Source: Ptychomitrium polyphyllum
Lineage: Eukaryota
DNA length: 64,000 bases
Direction: 5' to 3'
Assembly (NCBI GenBank): GCA_973851085.1
Contig: OZ316776.1
Location: 4,650,001-4,714,000 of the forward strand
Each line of letters begins with the position of its first letter. Position 1 is the first letter of the stretch. Under the pieces are notes generated by a model. The model saw nothing but the letters and a program-made list of their open reading frames with translations. It did not search any database and was not told the DNA's origin. The translations under genes were made by a program, and so were the position numbers. Shown here piece after piece: positions 27,301 to 40,624 of the stretch.

Positions 27301-28476
27301 TTTTGTGCAACCTGAATGTAACACCAAGAACCATACTTTTGTTACATTTGCAAAAAATAAAATGAGTGGTGTGTGGAAATTTTATTAACATATCACCCAT
27401 GAATCTTACAATAAGTAATATTGTTTAATGCAAAAAGAACTATGCACAAGTATACATAAAATCCATATATGTATTTACAAACAATATCTTGTCACATTGT
27501 AGCATACTTAGCTACACATTGATTTTCTAAACAAACAAAAAGATATTATATATTTGCACCTATTAAAAATAAAAAAGCCACAAAAGTGATTAAATATTAA
27601 TAAAATATAATGGCCATATAAACATAGAACATTGAAGGAATTTAAACATCTATTATATACATTACATTAGAAACACCTTTAAATTAGCAATTATAGCATT
27701 CATGAACATTTTATAATACAATTGTTTTCACTTGTAAAAACGTAAGTAATTTGAAATTATAAAAATAAAAATGACAGCACATGTCATTTATCATATATAA
27801 CATTATTATTATTCTTAATAAGAAAATATTTTTAACTATTGTATAAGATAAATTTTTATGCTTACTCTTAAACCTTGTAATTCAATACAATAAACATTTA
27901 TCAAATAAGTAATGAGTTGAAACATCTTTATAATCAAATTTACTAAGATGGTCCTTCAAATAAATAAACCATTATTATTTGCAAGTACAACTTCTATAAT
28001 TTAAAAAGAACAAGACTTAAACAAAATTCAAGAATTTTTAAAATGAAAATATGGAATTTTAAGAGATTTGGATTGAAGTTTCAAATATAAAGCATTTGAT
28101 ATAAGAAGGAAAAGAAAGTTTGAAACATAAAATAAAATAAAATAAATTAAAAGATAAAACGATCAAAAATATCAAATAGTTGAAACCTTGAAATACAAAA
28201 AGCCATAAATTTAGTGAAGAAGGAAACATAAAGTCTAAAGTCTAAGAAAATCAAAGATTAAAAAACAAGAATCTAGAGGAGGAAACAGAAAATGAAAATG
28301 AGTAAGGTGGTCACCACATCTTCAATGTGATGGAATTCAATGTAGGGTTGTGTACCCAAATATTACTTATCCATCCATCCAAATCAAATTAAATGTAAGT
28401 ACATCCAAATCTCGTACATTCAAATATAAATAGAGAGAGAAACGGACGGTTTGGTATGATGTACAAAAATCTATAA

Positions 28477-28630
28477 ATGATGAACACAAAGAACACAAAG
28501 GAAAGTGAAAGGATGAACACAGAGGAAAGAGAAAGGATGAACACAGAGGAAAGAGAAAGGATGAACGCAAAGAACACGAAGGAAAGAGAAAGGACTTGGA
28601 CGCAAAGAACACAAAGGAAAGAGAAAGGAC
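28477..28630. repeat. Purine-rich degenerate tandem repeat (~24-bp unit AAAGGATGAACACAGAGGAAAGAG and variants)
   Basis: Read directly; it produces the repetitive MNTEERER / SFLFPLCS pseudo-ORFs. Confidence 0.8.
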
Positions 28631-31600
28631 TTGGAGGTAGAGAAGCCACTGAAGAGTCCCCTGACTCACCTGGCTCCCCCTCCCTTCCACTACACCCTTC
28701 CGATGGCATGCATAAGTGCAAGTGCAAGGGAACGAACCTCCAGGGGCTGACCTGAGATCAACCGCTCTCGTGCCCTTCAGATCTGCTCCGCTGGCCTTGG
28801 CAGCTGCCTAGGACTGCCATGCGGACTCTTGATGCTGACGAGGACTCAGCAGCCTGGAAGCTGGAAGCCAAGCGGTGGCGTATCTGTATTGGCGATTGCC
28901 CATTGTGCCTGAATTTGGAGGTTTTGACAATGCTGAAGAGTTTTGTTGAAGTTGGGCGTCTTCAGATCCCAGTGGCAATCAGGTTTGCAGGTGCTAACCA
29001 TAGCGAAGAGGATACCGGAGCTTGAACCAAAACGTGCACCATCAACATCGGCCCTAAGTTGGCACAGATACCAGAAGTGGAGCCTTCCCAATCCCTATGG
29101 CTAACAAAGGTTTTGTGGGTTTAGAAGAAGGTTGAATGACGATGCTTGATATCAATGAGAAATGGCTGGGAGAACTTATAACAAAAACGGCTGTTTCTTT
29201 TTTAAATTAATCTAGCATAGGCAATGCAAGAGCTTGTCCATAAGGAAGTCCTTTTTCACTAAAATATGAATTTGATTATTTTTCATCTTCTTTTCTGGAT
29301 GGTCTTATATTTAGAATATCCATGTCTTAAATTGAGATTTTTTATTTCTTCCATCTTTTGCAAGAAAAGGTATAAAGAAACCCTTATGATATTCCATACC
29401 ATCTTTCCACCAAAATCATCCTCCTTTCCTTCCCTCCACTATATCCATCTTTTTTTCCTTGCTTGTCTATCCTTCTAATTTGTTTCTCTCTTCTCCATTG
29501 AAACCAAACATATAATAGTTGAGATGTTTGATTTCCTATGTAGTTGTGGAATAGTAGAAAAAGAACTTTCCAAATGTACAATTATATAATTTCTATGAAA
29601 AACATCTTTAAATTATAGTTGGAATTCTATTCTATTCATTGATATTTTAGAAGTTGGTTATTTGTTTTCAATTAATGCAAGATCCATTTTGAAATTGCCA
29701 ATCAATTAAAAAATTTAATTTTTTCTTTAAATGAATAAAACAATATATTTTTGATGATTTGGGACTCTATGTTGTTTACAATATTTGAAAACACAATTTT
29801 TTAAATACCAATAAATAGATCATGAACAACAATTATATAAATTTTGAAATTATTGTTAAGAAAATAACATTCACACTTCTAAAACCATATACAATTGATG
29901 ATCACATTCCATTTCACCAACAATCTCCTAGAATACAATCATTTACAGTCCACCAATAAAAATGAATACATGGGTGTCAACCATAATACATAAATTTACA
30001 GATTGAAATTCTTATTGTATTACCAAGTATCATAAGATGGTTTACAAAGAACAGCCATTTGGAAAGACGACTCAGCTACTTTTGGGTTTGGCAACTCACC
30101 AACATACCATGTTTGTCAATGTCTTATATCTCATGCCATGTGTTTGACCAAGAACTACCTGTATGTTGCCTGAGAATACAATAGTACTTGAAAGTCCACT
30201 GAACTGGTCTTAAGGCAGAACCTGGACCTTTGAAAGTTGTAAACAGTCATGCAGTTGAAGTCAAAAAGCAACTATTTGTAGTTTTCTATCAAATTGAAAA
30301 AAGAAATTACTGTAAGAGAAAATATTAGAGGCCTGTATGCCTTAATATAATTTGATAAATTCCCACTGCAAGGTTTTGGCTGTTTGTAAGAAAGTAAATT
30401 TGTGAAAAATAAATATGTGAGCGGAGAAAGAAACCTTACAAATATTTGGGATTTTCATATATTACTATTTTCGGATATGAGTGTTGTTTTTTTGGGGATA
30501 TAATTAAGTACACGTTCATTACAATTGTGAGTACAAAAAGGTACCACAGAAGGCCTTCACTTTTTAGTATTAAATAAAATCAAACGTTTAAGAAAGTTTA
30601 GGTGTTCAATGCCAAAGTAGTTGAATATGTGGATGTGATTTTTCATTCAAAATAGCATATATTTCAATCCAGAAACACATCTTACACAAGGAAAATGAAA
30701 ACTGTTCTTTTGAAATCCAACATGAATGAGTATCAATATGATTATAGTTGATCATATTCCTTAGACAAAATTTTGTAATTTGTAATCATATTAAAACCCA
30801 TAAAAAATAATAGCGTATCAATTCTAATCTTATTATACTCTAATGGTTTTTGTAAGGATTTTGTTGAATAATTGATCAATGAATTGTTCTTATCAAGTAT
30901 TTATGGTTTCTTTATACTATGCACATGTTAAGGTTGGTAACTCCTAAGATTAATAACTACCAAGTAATCAAGGACTTGGTAGTTTCTTATTAAAAATCCT
31001 TATCTAAGGAAGGTCAACTACATCAGTATCGTGATTGGTAATTGTCGAGTATTCTAAGACTCGGTGGTTTCTTACTGGAGAGTTTAAATCTAGGAAAAGA
31101 AATCTATATAAATTTACAGCTGATACTACCAAATGGAAGATATATGGTAGTATTAAGGATCAAACTATAAACTATTATAGAACTATACATAAGAACTATA
31201 CATATGAACACATATTCTAAAACAAATTGATGAATGAATAAAAGAATGAAGTGTATAACTTGTTTCATAGAAAAAGCCAAATACAACACACCCTCAATTC
31301 TTTTAGTTGAGGGTTTAAATACTAGATCTGAAATCCTATAAAAGTGGATCTACATTTGTTTGTCATTTGGTAGTTACTATTGAAAGATGTCCAATAGTAC
31401 CAATAAGAGAAGATTGGTAGAGAAAGTCTAGTAGTACTAGATATAACACTCGGTAGCTTGATAACTGCACCAAGGACTACAATAAACCGAAGATAAAATG
31501 GTTTTTTTGTAACATTTTTTAATAAGGAAATAGGATTTCTATTCAACTTGGATTTTTTAAAGACCTCTATAATACCAAATTTATAAATAGATGCCTTCAT

Positions 31601-34600
31601 TCTGATAGACTTTAAACTTCAAAAAATTAGGCATTTGTATCATTAGCCAAATGATGACAATGTCCAAAATTCAAAGTCATTATGCCACTAGAATAAAGGC
31701 ATCTCCATATAAATTTGGTGGTTTTATTTTATGTATATAATTCATTTTCAAGAACAAACAAGTAGAGAATTTTTACAGAAGACAAAATCTAATATATTAA
31801 ATTTTATTAATGCATATTCAAATAAAAAAAATCCAAATAAAAGAATAGAATCAATTAAATTCTATTACATTAAATAAACCTTTAAAAATCGATATTCTAG
31901 GGATACATTTTTAATTTAAGTTGTAATTTACCTTGTATGAGTATTCAAAGTTCTAAAAATAATATAAAGCTACATTTGTAAGCTATTAATTGCTAAAATT
32001 CAACTAAAATTGCAAAAACACTAATGGATTTTGAACTTATAGAGGTTTAGTTAATCTAGGCCTAGGCTTTTGGTAAATTATATTTTTAATTTTTTGAATA
32101 ATACTAATTCTACAAGATTTAGTTGAAAAAATCACATATTAGTCTATAATAAGATAGACTAATTTGCATAACCGCCATTATCTTTTAACCAACAATCATT
32201 TAGAACTTAGTACCAAAATTAGAACTGAATGAAGTATGAGCCAATATTTAGATGAATTATAGATTTTACTTTCTATGGTTCTAGGTGCATCTAAAATTAC
32301 AATTAGAATCCTATCACTTTGACTTTTAACAATTTGCAAAACAATTATAGAAAATTTTCAAATTCTATTTCTATTTGATTTATAGCACCTTAAATTAAGA
32401 CCACAAAAATTTCCATTAATACATTTTCGCCACATTGCTTAAATTGATGGTTGTGGAAAGTCTAACTTATGACCATTTAACAACATTATCCTTTCACTTT
32501 GCACAAGAAAACTCTGAATGTTTGAAAGCAACAATCACCAATGCATAACTTATGTGTAATTGACATTATAATGTAAGAAGCTGTAGCAGCTTGTTGAAAT
32601 TCTTGTGTTATGTAGTGGCAAGACAAGTGGTTGACAACTGAAAGGCTTACACTCAAGTACCAACAGACCCAACTAGCTAAGGAACAAATCCAAATTCTCC
32701 CAACATCCACACAAATGGCAACAAAGTTGCGAGTATATGGTATGTAAGTAAATACACAACATATGCTAGGGAAGTGTTGTGGGTGTATTTAGGAACACCA
32801 CATATTTCAGCTACTTCAAAAAATGAGGTGAAATGAGCAAGATAGAGAAATTATGTCAACACGGCAGCACAGGCATAAGTACAAATTTCACCAACATAAA
32901 TGAGTTGTAGTTTGAGCCCTTGCTAAGCCTTTGTCAGGCCATTATTGTATCACTACTGCAAGATGTGTAAATTTCCTTTGATGAACTAAAGCTTGGTTTG
33001 TTATTTTACAACAACATGATATTAAAGTAAAAATCAAGTATTTGTGAGTGATAAAGAGATTGACTGATTGCTGCAAGTTGATTTGGCAGTATTCTCCTTT
33101 GTTGAAATAGGTTGATGTTACTTAGGTATGCTGCTAGAAATATTGTTAGTCTAGCTAGACAGTTGAGTAGCAGTATGGCACATATTGTGTGATGGGAGGA
33201 AGCAAAAATATTCAATTGGAGAAGCAAGTAAGCTTCAAAGGACAAGCAAACTGGACAACATGGAAGGTGAAAATGGGAGCTTTATTAAAAAGCTCGAGGA
33301 TCAGAAGATCATTGAAATTAAGATTGACCTAGTGACATATCTTGCAAAGATTGGAAGGAATCCTGTAGGCGTAAGGAAGTTGGGAGAAGACAATGTAGCA
33401 GCGGATGTAATGATCAGCTTGCTAAGGATGAAATCATTCATGACATTGCAAATTATGATGATCCAATTGGTTCTTATGCAGAAATTGCCAAGACAATTTG
33501 AAAATAAATATACTTGTACTGTTATTGATCTCTTTGCAAATGACCAATATGCAAGAAGAAGGTAGTTCTATAATTATATATATAAATATATATAAGTAAT
33601 GTTAAGGAGTTTTAGGATAAAGATGGCAAAGATGGAAGAATCGATGTCCAACAAGAAATTTGGAAGTGGTACCTTTTTCTAATGTATTGTATAAAAATTC
33701 CAAACTAAAGCATATTATGTAAAGCAATAAATCATTTAGTTAGAAGAAAAATGAATTAATGTAGTGTTTGCAAGTACTTTTGCAAGAAGAGAATGAAGAA
33801 ATTAACAAAAGAAGGAACGACCAAGTAGAAGATGGAATTGTAATATTACTACTATAAAATAATATAGAGGTATTAATAAATGGGATTATAATCAAGGCAG
33901 AGGAAATAGAAGATATCATTGCAGTTGTTGAGGCAAATTTGAATACATTGACTAGAATTGCTCAAATAGTATATTTATTCAACTACCTCAATTTTTTTAT
34001 TTATTTTATTTCAATGTTCTAGTGTTTTGCTTCTAAAGAAAATTAAATTGTCAAGCTTTGTATATTATACAAATACTTCATAAAACTTAAATTTTAAAAT
34101 TTGCATTTAAACAAAAAATTCAATCATTTATAATAACCCAAAATTTTCAATTTTCAATTTACAACCATTATACCAAAGTAAAATATACAAAATTAGCACC
34201 TTATACATTTCTTTACTTCTTTACAGCCATATTAACATCTAAAATTCTTAAAAGGTTCTCTTGCATTTTTTAACTCTATATTAACTAAAATACCTTCTAA
34301 TAACTAATGATAAAAAATCTAAATTTAAATGTTTTAACATTGATCTTTTTACTTCTTAAATCTTCATTTTATCTTCTTGTTACAATCAGTAAAAATCCAC
34401 TAAAGAAAGTTATAATCTATTGGCTTCTTTTAACTTTCCAACAACTTGTCTTATTCTGGCACATGTAGTTTAATTTCTTTTTTATTCTTTAATTTTCAAT
34501 TAATGATAGTTTTTCAATCTAATAACTCTATAGAACATGAATTATAATAAGATCATAAAAACATTTCAATCAACAAGTTATTAAAAAAAATTAAAAAATA

Positions 34601-34836
34601 ATAATAATAAATACTTATACTTTGATTATTAAACGGCTCACTGTACAACATTATACAACCAAAAAAAATGATCAAGGTGTGCTTACATGGTTGAAAAAGT
34701 ATCACTGAAAATGATACACATACAAGCCACTACAAATGGGTATAGAGTTTTAAAAGGACTATTAATGCATTGATGAATATTGTATCAATTACATTATCAT
34801 ATGATAATAGACCATGCAAAGCTTAAGCTAACATGA

Positions 34837-35194
34837 TGTAACGGATAGAGTAACAACAAAACAAGGCTTCAAAATTATAGGATATGGAATGAAATATGTC
34901 CAAAATATATTGGAAGTAAAGAGCTATAACAAGATACAAAGACAAAGACAAAAGATCTAAGCTAAACCACAAGAGATGTATTGTCAAGACTAAAGATCCC
35001 TTCAGCCTCGACTCTTATATATATTAGAACTATTAGTTTGAAAGCTTCTTGAAAAGCTTCTACTACATTGTTTTATACTCAAGCAACCTTGAGTTGATTC
35101 CTTAGAAGCTTCCTAAGTCCAAATAATTTCCTTGGAAGTTTCCTAAACCTTCTAAGAACTTTTTTAGATGCTTCTAATATATATGTTCGTGACA
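34837..35194 (-). mobile_element. 3' LTR of the host gypsy element (358 bp), with polypurine tract at 35195-35208 (AGAAGGGGAGGTGA on the minus strand)
   Basis: Aligns with 43451-43897; the PPT is directly adjacent. Confidence 0.9.
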
Positions 35195-37502
35195 TCACCT
35201 CCCCTTCTAGCTTTGAGGTTTCTCAGCAGCATATTGTAATAAATGCTTAGAGTTGTAAGAAGTCGAAAAATTATCACAAGGTGTTTGCAAGATACTCCAA
35301 TTGCTTTTCACGATTCAAATGGTTCATAGGTCCTTATAATCACTGATTGTATTCAACGCCTTCTACTTGGGACAAAACATAAATTTTTGTATCTTTATTA
35401 TAAAAGTGTCTTTCAAACACTACTTCTGGATAACCTTTGTAAGATGGTCCACTTCAAAGACAATCACCAATAATCTATTGCTAGATATCTTCCAATGTCT
35501 TTTAGGTCCAATCTATTTTTTGTCACGAGATTGTCAATGCAAGCCACTTGGTTGAATTGACACCACTAGCATGGAATCTACATTTTGACTGTCCATGTTT
35601 AATATACCAAGCTACTCTCAACAAACTATAATGAAATTCAAAATACAAACAACTAATTTTTAAAACATGTTTGGAGCTTTAGAAACTTATGGTTTAGGGA
35701 TTGTGTTGTTTCTTATTTAAAAGCAGAAGCATTAAGAGCCTTCAAAATTACGCAACATTACCAAGTTACTGTTCCTTGTACTATTATTTTTGTTTTGGAT
35801 GGATGTTATTGATGGAATTCACAAATTTTTACTGGTGAATTTGCAAGATTGTTAGATGGCTTCCATGTGCAATTATTAATATCATATGTGCCCCAATGGA
35901 CCAAGTATTGTAGCTTTCTTTGTTTTAATCATGAATCAAACATTTCTTCCATTTCAAATTCATGATCATCATTGATTTTGACTACAATTGGTTGTAGATG
36001 CCTTTGTCTAGGAATAGTTGATTCTTTATAGGCTTCCAAAAGTGAAACGTGGAAGATTAGATGTACCTTCATTAATGTTGGTGGTTCTAAACAATATGCC
36101 ACGTAGTTGACTTGTTTTTTCATTGCAAATGGTCCCAATTTCCAATAGTCTAAGTTGTCACATGGCATGTTGGTTTTCATATTACGTCAAAAGAACCATA
36201 CCTTCTCACCAACTTGGAATGGAAGTTGTTCCTTCCTTGTTGTATCTGTTGCCAATTTGTATTGTTCTTGAGCTTCTTATTATTGAATCTTCATGATTGC
36301 TTGAAGCTCTGTCATGTTTGTGGCTCTGCTATTGGATTCTAAAATTGTGGGGGCTGTAAGATATCCATCTTTGGATTAAGTCCATAGATGAAATAGAATG
36401 GATTTGTTGAATGGAAGCGTAAGCAATGTTGTTGTAAGCAAACTCAGCCAATATCATGTAGAAAGTCCAATCATGTTGTTGATAATTAATGGTAAATCTC
36501 AAATATTATTCCAAGATTTAGTTGATTCACTTCGTTTGGCCATTGATATGAAAATAGAAGGCAGAAGAAAGTTTGATGTAGCTTAAGGATTTCAAAGAGT
36601 GACTCTCAAAATCTTGATACAAAGTGTGGCTTACGATTTGATGTAATATCATTGGATAATCCATAATAGCGGTAGACATTATCCATAAAGAGTGTGGCAG
36701 TCTTTTCATCTATAATCGTCTTCTTGCACGGTACAAAATGTGCCATCTTGGTCAATCGGTTTACCTCTATGAAGATGGTATCAAAAAAAATTGATGGTGG
36801 AAGATATGCGTTGAAATCCATGGAAATAGACGACCACAATTGCCTTGGAATTTACAATGATTGGAGAAGTTTATATGGGTAGTGCCTAGGATTCTTTGAT
36901 CGAAAGTAGGTATCGCGCAAGTGTATAAACTTTTTAACGGCCTTTCACATTTGAGGCCACCAAAAGTCTCGAGAAAAGAGTTCCAAGGTCTTGTTGAATT
37001 TAAAATATCAAACCGTAGGAAAGTCATGACGTGTCAAGTATATAAAGGTAGACTAGTCTTTCAAGAATATATAGATGTTCTTCAAAATACATGAATTTGT
37101 CTACAATCTTGAAGTTGTCTTCAATTTTGGACTTGAATACATATTTTGGAGGGTTCTTGGATCAATATTTGATATTAAGAATAAGAGGGTCTGTGGTAGA
37201 TGCCACTAAAACCTAATAAAGAAATGATGAATCCTTTTAGAGCTGAAATAGTAGTTGTATTTATGCAAAATCTTTTGGGCTTCAGCAGAGTTTTGTATTG
37301 TTGATCGTGTGTAGCCTCTACTTCCTTTAGCACAAGAGATAACCACCTTGACAAAACATCTAGCAACCCTTGTTGTTTTTTGGGTCAATATGTAATGGAG
37401 AAATTAAATTGAGAAAGAGACATACTCCAATGAGCTTGGCGACGATTTAAAATGCAGGCAGATATAAAATATTCCAGATTTTTGTGGTCTGTACATACTA
37501 TA

Positions 37503-38647
37503 TGTCGCAACCCTTATAATGCACCTTAGCAAGCGTCACGCGCGTCAACCCTGTACACTCCTACATGCACATGGTTAATCCCCATTCTCACTTTTCAAGT
37601 CTTTCTACTATTTCTTTTAAGACACCCAATTTGTTGATAGCCAATGGTTAAGTGCGGACTTCCATTCATGTCCAAGACCTCACTTGGTGTTACTCCCATT
37701 CCACACGGCCTAACTGCATTTAGTGGTGTCTTTTCACCACCACTCATGATCCCCATGCGATCCTAAGATCATCCCGGGTCATCATGGTGCTGGTGTGAAG
37801 ACACCACCCCAACTTAGTGGTAACAAGCGTACTCTTTTGAACGTGCTAGTTCCCTCTGTGAAATCGGCCGTCCACCAGCTCACAATGGTGTGGATGTCCC
37901 CGTGGTGAAGCTCCAATACTAGTTCCACCAACCGAGATTCACCCTTGGTCTCTACCGGGACACTAGGGGAGTAGGGAGGGGGACCAGCCCTCCCTTGTAG
38001 TACTCTCTGTGGGATTTGGCAGGCCCTCTGGCCCTCTGGAGCTAGCTGAACTCCGACACACCTAAAGTTTTGGAAGACCACCCGATCTCCCTTGGGACTT
38101 AGCCAATGGAAGCCTCTGGGACTCCCAGCGGACCTTTAAGGAGCCATATCTTCCTCATCCGGTGCCCAAATACATCAAGCAATCACTCTATCGTCATTTA
38201 TTCTTTGCGTAGATGTCGATAGACTCCTCAAACGTCCGATTTGAGTTAGTATTGTGGGAGATACGCCTCTCCCAAGGTTTGGGACTCCCGAGGAGTCCCT
38301 CTCTGGACTGTCCCACTCCAGTACAGTCACTGTGTAGGGCTGCCACACTCCAGAACAGCCCCTTGGCAACCCCAACTTTGGAATGCCATAACTTTTAGCT
38401 CCCTTGTCTGATTTGGACAATCGTCAGCATTCTAGATTAGCTCTTTGTGATTCATCCAATGCCCACCATTTATCCCTTGTGGCCCTCGGTCTACACGGGT
38501 AAGGATGTTTCTTCTCTCTAGGATTCCTTCCTACGCTAGGCCCACTCGGTTCCCCTCACTATCAGCGCCACAAGTCCTGTACGTCACTCCGGGGTCCACT
38601 TTGTGTCCTTAGTGTTGCGGGCATTCCTCAAGGAAAGGTGCACGACA
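37503..38647. mobile_element. Solo LTR A (1145 bp, TGTCG...CGACA) inserted in host RNase H
   Basis: TSD CTATA (37498-37502 and 38648-38652); removing it restores ...[15 protein letters not shown]. Confidence 0.9.
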
Positions 38648-38786
38648 CTATAATTGTATGCGCAGCACCTTTGAGCAAGTGGCACCATTCTTAAAAAAAA
38701 ATCCATAATTGCAAGGCGTTCTTTGTTGTAGAATTAATAGTAGACTACTGCAGCTGAGAATATTCAGGAATGGAATAAAGTTGGAT

Positions 38787-40624
38787 TGTTGCAACCTTTG
38801 TAATGCATCTTAACAATGTCATGCACGTCAACCCTATACACCTCCACATGCACATGGTTAACCTCCATTTTTATTCTTTAAGTCCCAGGCTTGGTTTCTA
38901 ATTTTCTCTACCATTTCTCTAAGGACAATCAAGTAATTAATAGCCAATGATTAAATGCAAACTTCTATTTATGTCCAAGGCCTCACTTGGTATTATTCCT
39001 ATTTCACACGGTCTAACTGCACTTAGTAGTGTCTCTTTACTACGACACCTTATTCTTATGTGATCCTAAAATCACCTCGCGTCACTATAGTGCAAGCGTG
39101 AAGACACCACCTCAATTTAGTGATAACAAGCGTACCCTTTTTATCTCACTAATTCCTTTTATAAAACCGGTCATTCACCAACTCACAATGGTGTAGAAGT
39201 CCCCGTGGTGAAGCCCCAACACTAACTCCACCAACCGGGACTCACCTTTGGTTCCTAACGAGACACTGTTAGGGACACAAGAAACAAGAAGCAGAAAGAA
39301 AGTGTTTCCCAAGAATTAGCTTCCAAAGAGCTAATGATTAACAAGAACTTGATACAAATACTAGAACAAGGCAGGATTCAAGATGATCCACAACTTGTGT
39401 TGGCAAGACTAAGGAATACCTTGTCTTGCTCCCTATTTATACTATGATATTTGTATTTTCTAGGATACTTCTAAAGAAGCTTCCTACAAGGCTTAAGAAT
39501 GTTCTGGAAGTCTAAGGAACCTTTCCAAGAAGTTTCCTAAGATGTTGGAACCTTCTTAAGAGGCTTCCAAGGAGTTGGAACCTTCCTTGGAAATTTCCTA
39601 AGATAGCAGAACCTTTTTAGGAAGTTTCCTAAAGAAGTAGAATCTTCCTAGGAAGTTTCCTAATATGATGGAACCTTTGTAGGAAGTTTCATAGGAAGTT
39701 TCATAGGAAGTTTCATAGGAAGTTACCTAAGATGATAGAACCTTCCTAGGAAGTTTCTTAAGATAGAGGAACTTTTCGAGGAAGCTTCCTAAGAACATGG
39801 AAAGACTATGGAGACATCTAAAAGTATTATAAGAAGCTATTATAGTATACTATAAGGTTCTAGAATGTTCTAAGGACTATGTTGCACAATCTATGTCCAT
39901 GACAGACACTCGGGAAGTGGGGAGGAGGACCAGCCTTCTCCTATAGTACTCTCTGTGGAATTTGGCAGGTCCCCTAGCCCTCTGTAGCTGGCTGAACCCC
40001 GAGACACCAAATTTTTTTTGGAAGATCAGCCAATCTCCTTTGAGACTTAGCCGCTGGAAGCCTCCGGGATTTCCTACGGACCTTCAAGGAGCCATATCTT
40101 CCACATTTGGTCTCCAAATCTATCAAGCAACCACTCTATCGTCATTTACTCTTTGCATAGATGTTGATAGACTCCTCAAACGTCCAATTTGACTTAGTAT
40201 TCTGGGAAATATGCCTCTCTTAAGGTTTGGGATTCTCGGGGAGTCCCTCCCTGCATTGCCTAGGGCTGCCACAATCCATAACAACTTTGTCTAGTCCAGC
40301 ACAGTCATAGTCTAGGGCTGCCACAATCCATAACAACTTTTGGCAACTCCAACTTTGAGGTGCCATATCTTTTAGCTCCCTTATCCGATTTGAGCAATCT
40401 TTAGCATTCTAGAAAATAATTGTCATGAGTACTCTAATGCCTACAATTTATCCCTTGTGGCCCTTGGTCTATATGGGCAAGGATATTTCTCCCCCTTGGA
40501 ATCCTTCCCACGCTAGGCCCACTTGATTCACTTCATTATTGGCGCTACAAGTTCCGAACGTCACTCCGGAGTCTCCCTTGTGCCTTTAATGTTGCGGGCA
40601 CTCTTGAAAGAGAGGTGCGTAACA
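38787..40624. mobile_element. Solo LTR B (same family and orientation as A, more decayed), inserted in host RNase H and interrupted by solo LTR C
   Basis: TGTTG...TAACA ends, TSD TGGAT (38782-38786 and 40625-40629), colinear similarity to 37503-38647. Confidence 0.88.
39267..39904 (-). mobile_element. Solo LTR C (638 bp, TGTTAGG...CATGACA), gypsy LTR related to the host LTR type, with internal ~30-bp GGAAGTTTCCTAAG repeats
   Basis: TSD GACAC (39262-39266 and 39905-39909). Shares the CAAGACTA...TATA architecture and the TATGTCCATGACA end with the host LTR. Confidence 0.92.

Noticed and set aside
32480..33565. 126-aa ORF and neighbouring coding-like DNA (possible old DNA-transposon remnant)
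   Set aside because: No recognisable motif, non-ATG start, frequent stops in adjacent sequence.
37503..40624. Interpretation as one TRIM/LARD element with two LTRs
   Set aside because: Each LTR has its own TSD and the intervening sequence is host RNase H, with no PBS or PPT.
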